Positions 52,141-64,000 of a stretch of 64,000 nt of DNA are shown piece by piece. Under the pieces are notes generated by a model that searched no databases, had not been told where the DNA came from, and saw nothing but the letters and a program-made list of their open reading frames with translations. This DNA is from the human T2T-CHM13v2.0 reference genome, Homo sapiens. Positions within the stretch are counted from its first letter, which is position 1, and the number at the start of each line of letters is the position of its first letter. A program made the translations under genes and the position numbers. The stretch lies in NCBI RefSeq assembly GCF_009914755.1, contig NC_060934.1; one strand, given 5' to 3'.

Positions 52141-52440
52141 AATATTTTCTTATTATCTGTACAATCTGTAGTAATGTCACCTCTTTCATTGCTGATATTA
52201 ATAATTTGTGTCTTTTTTTTCTGATCAGTGTGGCTGTATTTTATCAATTTCATTAATCTTCTCAATGAACCAGTTTTTGCATTCATCCTTTTTTTCCAGT
52301 GGTTTTTGTTTTTCTCTATCACTGATTTTCTTTCTAACATTTATTATTTCCTTTCCTTTCTTCTATATACTTTGCAATTAATTTGTTCCTCTTTTATTAG
52401 ATTTTTTTATTTGTTTGTTTTTAAAAAACAGGTCTTGCCC

Positions 52441-56830
<4,390 letters not shown>

Positions 56831-56831
56831 A

Positions 56832-56986
56832 CTAGCTAATTACATTTTTTTTTTTTTTTTTTTTTTAGTAGAGATGAGGTCTCACTATGCTGTCCAAGCT
56901 GGTTTTGAACTCCTGGGCTTAAGTGATCCTCTTGCCTCAACCTCCTAAAGTGCTAGGATGACAGGCATGAGCCACTGTGCCTGGCC
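56832..56986 (-). mobile_element. AluJ left arm (3' tip possibly at 52403-52440)
   Basis: agctaatt + T-run + reverse left arm. Confidence 0.8.
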
Positions 56987-57477
56987 TCTACTTTCTTAAA
57001 GTGAAATCTGTAGTTACTTGTTTAAAACCTTTCTTTTTTTTTTTTCCTAATATAGGTGTTTAATGCTATACAGCTTCTTTAAGTATTACTTTAGCTGCAT
57101 CTACAAATTTTGACATGTTTTATTTCATTTTCATTTAATTAAAAATACTTTATTTCCCCTTTCATCTCTTGTTTCACCCATAGCTTATTTGGAACTCTAT
57201 TATTTAGTTTCTTTTTTTAAATTTTTTCAGAGATAATTCTTTCTGTTATGAATTATCTAATTTTATTCCCTGTGGTCAGAGAATATATTTGGTATAAATT
57301 CCTTAACAATTTTTGAGACTTGTTTGACTTCATAGAATATGGTATATCTTGGTAAATGTTCCACGTGCCCTTGAAAAGAATGTGTATTCTGTTATTGTTG
57401 AATAGTGTGTGCTAAAAATATTTATCAGGTCACATTGATCTATAGTGTTATTCGAGTCTACTGTGTCCTTACTGATG

Positions 57478-57572
57478 TTAGCATTTTATATAAGGGACTT
57501 GAGCATCTCCAGATTTTGGTGTCCTCGAGGGTCCTGGAATCAGTCCCCTGCAGATACTGAAGTTTGACTTTA
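57478..57572. mobile_element. MER2 (Tigger) fragment
   Basis: cattttatataagggacttgagcatc..ggtcctggaatcagtcccc. Confidence 0.78.
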
Positions 57573-58213
57573 TACTTTAATCTGGTACCATTTTTCCTTC
57601 TGCTTAAAGAACTTTAACATTTTGTAATGCAAGTCTGCTGCTGATGAAGTATTTCAGCTTTTGTGTTTCTGGAAACATCTTTATTTCACCTCCATATAGA
57701 ATTGTAGGTTGACGGATTTTGTTTTCAGTACTTAAAGATGTACTCATTCTCTTCTGTGGGTTTTTAAAAAAATTTTTTTATACTTGGATTCATTGAACTT
57801 GGGTTTATAGTTTTCATCAAATATGAAAAATTTTTGGCCATAATTTATTCAAATATATTTTCTGAGCCATCATCTTTTTCCTGTTCTTGGGAATTTCAAC
57901 TGTACAGATATTAAGCCACTTAGAGCTCATGATGCTCTGTTAATTAAAAAAATATTTTTCTCTGTATGTTTCATTTTAGATTGCCTTCTTTTGTTATGTT
58001 TTAAAGTTCATGAATCTTTTCTTCTACAAAGTCTAATCTAGCAGTCATCCCATCTGGTGTATTTTTCAAATCAAACACTGTTTTACTCTGGAAGTATGAT
58101 TTGGGTCCTTAAAAATGTATATTTTATATCTCCACTTAACTTTAAAAATTTTAAATATCTGGAACACTTTTAGCAGATGTTTTAATAGTTTTAATAACCA
58201 TGTTTGCTAAATC

Positions 58214-58512
58214 TTTTTTTTTTTTTTTTTTTTTGAGACTGAGTCCCGCTGTCTCCCAGGCTGAAGTGCAGTGGCACATCTTGGCTCACTGCAGCCTCCA
58301 CCTCCTGGTTCAAGCAATTCTCCTGCCTCAGCCTCCCGAGTAGCTGAGACTACAGGTATGGGTCACCACACCTGGCTAATTTTTGTAATTTTAGTAGAGA
58401 TGGGGTTTTGCCATGTTGGCCAGACTGGTCTCAAACTCCTGGCCTCAAGTGATCCACCTGCTTCCGCCTCCCATATTGCTTTGATTACAGGTGTGAAGTG
58501 CTGTGCCCGGCC
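58214..58512 (-). mobile_element. AluS
   Basis: Reverse Alu. Confidence 0.9.
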
Positions 58513-58589
58513 CTGCCATAGGTGTTTCTATCAGACTCCCACAGTGCATAGATCCTAGACTTTCTCTCCATTTCTTGCACTTCACAAGG

Positions 58590-59215
58590 CAATAAAAATA
58601 AAATCTCAGATTTGAGTCCTCTGAGATACAATACTGGATGCAAGACAATGAACAAGTAATGCGTTCACTTATTGAAGAGAAAGGACATGGAGCTTAGAAT
58701 TTTATATTGATATGGTTTAGATTTGTGTTCCCTCCCAAATCTCATGTCGAATTATAATCCCCAATGTTGGAGGAGGTGCCTGGTGGGAGCTGATTGGATC
58801 ATGGAGGCCGATTTCCTTCTTGCTGTACTTGTGATAGTAGGAGAGTTCTCATGAAATCTGGTTGTTTGAAAGTGTGTAGCACATCCCCCTTCTCTCTCTT
58901 TCTCCTGCTCGGGCCATGTGAGACGTGCCTGCTTCCTCTTCACCTTCTGCCATGATTGTAAGTTTCCTGAGGCCTCCCCAGCCATGTTTCCTGAACAGCC
59001 TACAGAACTGTGAGTCAATGAGACCTGTTTTCTTTATAAATTACCCAGTCTCAGGGAGTTCTTTATGGCAATGTGATAAAAGGCTAATACATATATCCAG
59101 TAAAGATTTCATTCAAATATGAGAATACAATAAAAATATTCTCAGGCATACAAAAGTCTTAGAAGATTCATCATAGGAAGACCACATTGGAAATATGCTT
59201 GAAGGAAGTATTCAT
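58590..59215 (+). mobile_element. Old L1M ORF1-region fragment split by MSTA
   Basis: atactggatgcaagacaatg..ctagaattttatatccag-like motifs. Confidence 0.5.
58708..59091 (+). mobile_element. MSTA solo LTR
   Basis: tgatatggttt..ctaataca; 5-bp TSD tatat. Confidence 0.9.
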
Positions 59216-59220
59216 ATATG

Positions 59221-59551
59221 CAGTCATGCACCACATAATGAAAATTCAGTCAATAAACCACATGTGTAATGAGGTCCCATAAGATTATATTATCATTATT
59301 TTTTCTGTTCCCTTTCTATCTTTACATACATAAACACCACTACATTACAATTGCCTACAGCACTCAGTACAGTAAAACTACTGTACAGGTTTGTAGTTTA
59401 AGAGCAGTAGGCTATTATATGGCCTAGGTATGTGATAGGCTATACCATTTAGGTTTGTGTAAGTTCACTCTATGATGTTCAGACAATGAGGAAATCATCA
59501 CAACAACGCATTTCTCAGAATGTATTCCTGTTGTTAAGCATTGAACCACTG
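59221..59551 (+). mobile_element. Tigger3a MITE
   Basis: cagtcatgcaccacataatga..gcatttctcagaatgtatt..gttaagc. Confidence 0.85.
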
Positions 59552-59844
59552 CTTATAAATACTTATCATTTTTATTGCTATGTGATAAAAAAAGTTGGGA
59601 GATCACTGTTTTAATGGTTTCTAATATTTATCCCCATTTTGCCGGATCCATATTTTATTAATTAGGGCTTTCTAGTATTTTTCTTGTACACTTATGCAGT
59701 GACAATCTGTATTGTATTGTTCTTTCAATAGTAAATGGTTTTACATTTGTCCTTAATGAATGTCATCCCTTTTTTCCTTCCTGATTCCACTCTTATAAGG
59801 GTCTTTTAGAATTCTGATCCTGTTCCTTTAGATTGCTGAATGAC

Positions 59845-60012
59845 TACAGGATTATCTGTATTAAAATCATTTGGAGAAGATTAAGGGATTGTTAAAAATG
59901 CAGGTTTTCACCTAGACCTGCTGAATCTACACCTCTAGGGATAGGTTCAAGTAATTTATATTTATTTGTCTCCCAGGTGATTGGCAAACATTAGAAGCTT
60001 GAGAATTCTGTT
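59845..60012. mobile_element. MER5-like hAT fragment
   Basis: ttgttaaaaatgcag..agacctgctgaatc..cccaggtgatt..ttgagaa. Confidence 0.65.
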
Positions 60013-60029
60013 CTAAGTGCCGTCTTTCT

Positions 60030-60672
60030 GGAATGTTTTCTCATTCCATCAACCAGTTCTCCAGTTCTCTGGATACCAAGTGGATGTCCAAGAATTTAAT
60101 TCAGTTCTAACACTAACTACCTGGAGTTAGCATCAGACTCCAGAGGTTTAAAAGCTCGATTCCCTAAGACTGCTTCCACTCCAGAGACCAGTTGCAAGTA
60201 TCAGGTCCCCAGGTAACCCACACTTCTGTTCAACTTGGCTACAAATCTGTGGGTTCCCACCTGCCCTGAGTTTCCATAATTTGCTAGAACATCTCACAGA
60301 ACTCAGGAAAATGTTTTTTTTTATTAAAGAAAAAGAAAGATAGATTATTAAAGATATGAATCAAGGCACGCCACCTTCCCTTCATGGCACTGTGTTCACC
60401 AACCTAGAAGCTCTCTGAATTTTCTTGTCCCAGAGTTTTTATAAAGGTCAATCTCTCGCCCCCAGCCTCCTCTCTGGAGCTCAGTGGGAGGGTCTGAAAC
60501 TTCCAACCCTTGAATCACTTGGTCCTTCTGGTGACCAACTCCATCCTAAACTCATAAGGGGTTTCTTACAAGTAACAAAAGATGCTCTTATCACTCAGGA
60601 CATTTCAAGTGTTTCAGGAGCCCTGTGCCAGGGACTGTGGACAAAGACCAAATATATTTCCTATTATACCAT
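60030..60672 (-). mobile_element. MER21-like ERV LTR
   Basis: aattcagttctaacactaactacctggagttagc..ggacaaagaccaaatatattt. Confidence 0.7.
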
Positions 60673-60734
60673 ACCATTCTTTCTTATCCTCATCTGAATG
60701 TCATCTATACATCTGTCTATACACTTTCTATGGG

Positions 60735-61122
60735 TTTATTAGTCTGTTTTCACACTGCTATAAAGAACTACCTGCCTGAGACTGGGTAATTTATGAAGAC
60801 AAGAGGCTTAATTGACTGACAGCTCCACATGCTGTACAGGGGGCATAGCTGGGAGGCCTCAGGAAACTTACATTCATGGCAGAAGGCAAAGGAGAAACAA
60901 GCACGTCTTCAGGTGGCCGAGAGAGAAGGAGAGGGGAGAGGTGCTATGCATTTTCAAGCAACCAGATCTCGTGAGAACCCTATTGCGAGACAGCACGAGG
61001 GGGATAGTGCTAAACCATTAGAAATCACCCCCATGATCCAATCACCTCCCACTGAGCCCCACCTCCAACATTAGGAATTACAACTCAACATGAGATTTGG
61101 GTGGGGACACAGAGCAAAACCA
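60735..61122 (-). mobile_element. MSTA/MSTB solo LTR
   Basis: tattagtctgttttcacactgctataaag..gagatttgggtggggacacag. Confidence 0.85.
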
Positions 61123-61139
61123 GCTGCACATGACGCTTA

Positions 61140-61320
61140 GTACTGTGTGGTGAAGTGAGTACTAACTCAGCAGCCCAATAGCATTAGTTCAATTTCTGGC
61201 TTTGAAAAAAGCTGTGTGACCCTGAGTAAGTGATTCAATCTCTCTGACACTTACTTATCTCTAAAATGGAGATGCCAATTCCTATCTCAACATTTTGTGC
61301 TAAGTATTAGATTAAGAGTT
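61140..61320 (+). mobile_element. MIR fragment
   Basis: agctgtgtgaccctgagtaagtga..tctctaaaatggag. Confidence 0.6.
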
Positions 61321-61332
61321 ATTAAGTTTTCA

Positions 61333-61635
61333 GGCTGGGCATGGTGGCTCATGCCTGTAATCCCAGCATTTTTGGAGGCTGAGGCGGGAGGATTTCCTGA
61401 GCTCAGGGGTTTGAGACCAGATTGGGCAACATAGGGAGATCTCATCTCCACTAATTTTTTTTCTAAAAATTAGCCAGGGTGGTGGTGTACACCTGTGGTC
61501 CTGGCTACTCGAGAGGCTAAGGTGGGAGGATGGCTTGAGAATGGCTAGGAGGTTGAGAATGCAGTGAGCTATGATCACGCCACTGCACTCCAGCCTGGGT
61601 GACAGAGTGAGACCCTGTCTCAAAAGAAAAAAAAG
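61333..61635 (+). mobile_element. AluJ
   Basis: Full dimer; gttatt..ttaagtttt flanks. Confidence 0.9.
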
Positions 61636-62065
61636 GGTTATTGTTAAGTTTTTGTACAGTGCATGATCCACAGAAGTTGCAACCAAATTGCTCATGAAAT
61701 GTCAACAAGCTTGAGGGCCTAGGCTTGAATCTTTCACAATATGCTTTGCTATGCTCAGGACAGATCTCTTTTGAGTACAACTATGAAGATTTGTGCAGTC
61801 ACCCAGTAGCTATGTAGTGTCAGTTACTTTATCAGGCAATGATGAATATTCTTCACAGGGCACAACCTTGTTAAAATAAAGATAAGACAGATTACATACA
61901 TTTCTTTTTTCAGTCAACCAATTCTACCACTCAATATTAGAAGATTAGATAAATCAGAGCAATTTTCATTGTAAAACCATGCTGTTAGTTGTCAATCTTT
62001 TGTTTTAAAAATATTTATTAATTGATTTGAGGATTACTGGATTACTGTTTCCAGGTATAACATTA

Positions 62066-62122
62066 TTTATATACATAACATATATAATATATTATATATA
62101 TATTTTATATATATATTATATA
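62066..62122. repeat. AT-rich/(TA)n low complexity
   Basis: Direct reading. Confidence 0.85.
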
Positions 62123-62242
62123 GGGTTCAGTTCACCCAGTTATATTTATTGTATTTAAGGAATCTCCACCCTGGATTAGTTTCTTGGCCAAATTATTATG
62201 TAATTTCTTTCTATAAATATAGAACTCTTACTAAAATTTTAG

Positions 62243-62625
<383 letters not shown>

Positions 62626-62830
62626 TAAATCTGCTCTTTCAATGTCTTCATAATCTATTCCAAACGCTATCAGTAAGCAAATATGTATGTGCACACACTG
62701 TCTGGTGTTCTTTTTGTCATCTTCTAGATAGTATTCTGGAATTCTTTAACATCTATAAAAGCAGACTTGTTTTATGACCACTGAATAATCAACTCATTTA
62801 GTAATCTTATTAATAGAAAATGTGCAGGGC

Positions 62831-62945
62831 TTTGGGAGGCCAGGGTGGGAGGATCACTTCAGGCCAGAAGTTGGAGACCAGCCTTGGCAACTTAGTGAGA
62901 CCCCATCTCTATGCAAAATAAAAATAATAATAATTTTTTAAAAAA
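62831..62945 (+). mobile_element. 5'-truncated FLAM/Alu monomer
   Basis: Perfect 16-bp TSD agaaaatgtgcagggc. Confidence 0.85.
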
Positions 62946-63340
62946 GAAAATGTGCAGGGCACATAACTTTTCCGTGGCAGATTGTATTTTCTATAGATCA
63001 CCACCAATATACATCTTATCCCACTTGATCTTCTTACAATATGATGCTGCTGTTCTTCCATCAAATGATGACAGTCTGTGTTCTCTCCCTTTGAACCCAG
63101 GCAAATCTTTGTAACTGCTTTGACTAACAGAATATGGCAGAAGTGAGCCTGCTATGTAAAAGGCAATATGGCTTCCATCTCCTTCTTCTCTCTGTCTCCC
63201 TCCACTTTAGAACCCAACCACCACGTTGTGGGGAAGCCCAGACCACATGGAGAGGCCACATGTTAGGGTTCCAACTGACAGCCTCAGCTAAGGTTCCAGC
63301 TAACAGCTAACATTAACCACTAGACAAAAACAAGCCTTCA

Positions 63341-63542
63341 GACTAGAGCTTTCCATAAAAGCTTTCCATAATGGAAACGTTCTATGTCTTCACTGTCCAA
63401 TATGGTTGGTAACTTACTACCACATGAGGCCATCGAGCAGTTCCAACATAGCTAGTGTGAACGAGGAAGTAAATTTTAAATTTTATTTGACTTTAATTAA
63501 TTTAAATAACCACATAATTGCTGCCACATTGTGCAGTTCAGC
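63341..63542. mobile_element. MER3 hAT MITE
   Basis: atggaaacgttcta..ctgtccaatatgg..aattttaaattttattt..ttaatttaaata. Confidence 0.75.
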
Positions 63543-63644
63543 TTCTCTTGGTTGCAGCCATCAGCCTTGGAGTCTTCCATCTGAAGTACCAGACATCACT
63601 GAGCAAAAACAAACTACCTCCAGTATGTCTTCTCTGTATTCCTC

Positions 63645-63944
63645 TTTTTTTTTTTTTTTTTTTTGAGACGGAGTCTTGCTCTGTCACCCAGGCTGGAGTG
63701 CAGTGGCACAATCTCAGCTCCCTGCAGCCTCTGCCTCCTGGTTCAAGTGATTCTCCTGCCTCAGCCTCCTGAGTAGCTGGGAATACAGGCATGGGCCACC
63801 ATGCCCAGCTCATTCTTGTATTTTTAGTAGAGATGGGGTTTCACCACGTTGGCCAGGATGGTCTCGATCTCCTGACCTCGTGATCCACCCGCCTTGGCCT
63901 CCCAAAGTGTTGGGATTACAGGCGTGAGCCACCACATCTAGCCT
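63645..63944 (-). mobile_element. AluS (Sc-like)
   Basis: Reverse Alu. Confidence 0.9.
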
Positions 63945-64000
63945 CCTAACTCTTGTAAACCATTAAAGAGAGTAACTAATTATTGTTGATTTAAACTACT

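Larger units (their letters stand above)
62973..64000 (+). mobile_element. MLT1G/H-like LTR interrupted by MER3 and Alu
   Basis: gactaacagaatatggcagaagtga..ccacatggagaggccac. Confidence 0.65.

Overview
This is non-coding genomic DNA from a catarrhine primate (human, ape or Old World monkey; the species and locus cannot be fixed from the sequence alone). I find no credible intact protein-coding gene, RNA gene or CpG island. Most listed ORFs are Alu-, L1-, LTR- or microsatellite-derived artefacts, and the rest show no recognisable protein family. About 65-70 Alu/FLAM/FAM copies make up roughly a quarter of the window. Other repeats: L1 remnants of several ages, including an ~11 kb nested L1 stack at 47.1-58.2 kb with a 5'-inverted L1PA; MaLR/ERV1 LTRs; Tigger, hAT and mariner fossils; and MIR/L2/L3 fragments. 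A few repeat-free islands carry enhancer-like motif clusters. The most unusual structure is a set of DNA-repair or template-switch scars: (1) a near-perfect 82-bp fold-back inverted duplication at 4.3-4.6 kb; (2) a multi-segment templated insertion in an L1 at 10.5-10.65 kb, copied partly from 1.8 kb away; (3) a 63-bp templated patch joining two truncated inverted Alus at 31.6 kb. There are also microhomology-collapsed Alus, a tailless Alu, a candidate Alu carrying 3' flank, and re-used target sites. I do not see a new gene-encoded system. Repeat subfamily calls come from recall of consensus sequences and boundaries are approximate (about +/-10 bp, more for old elements).
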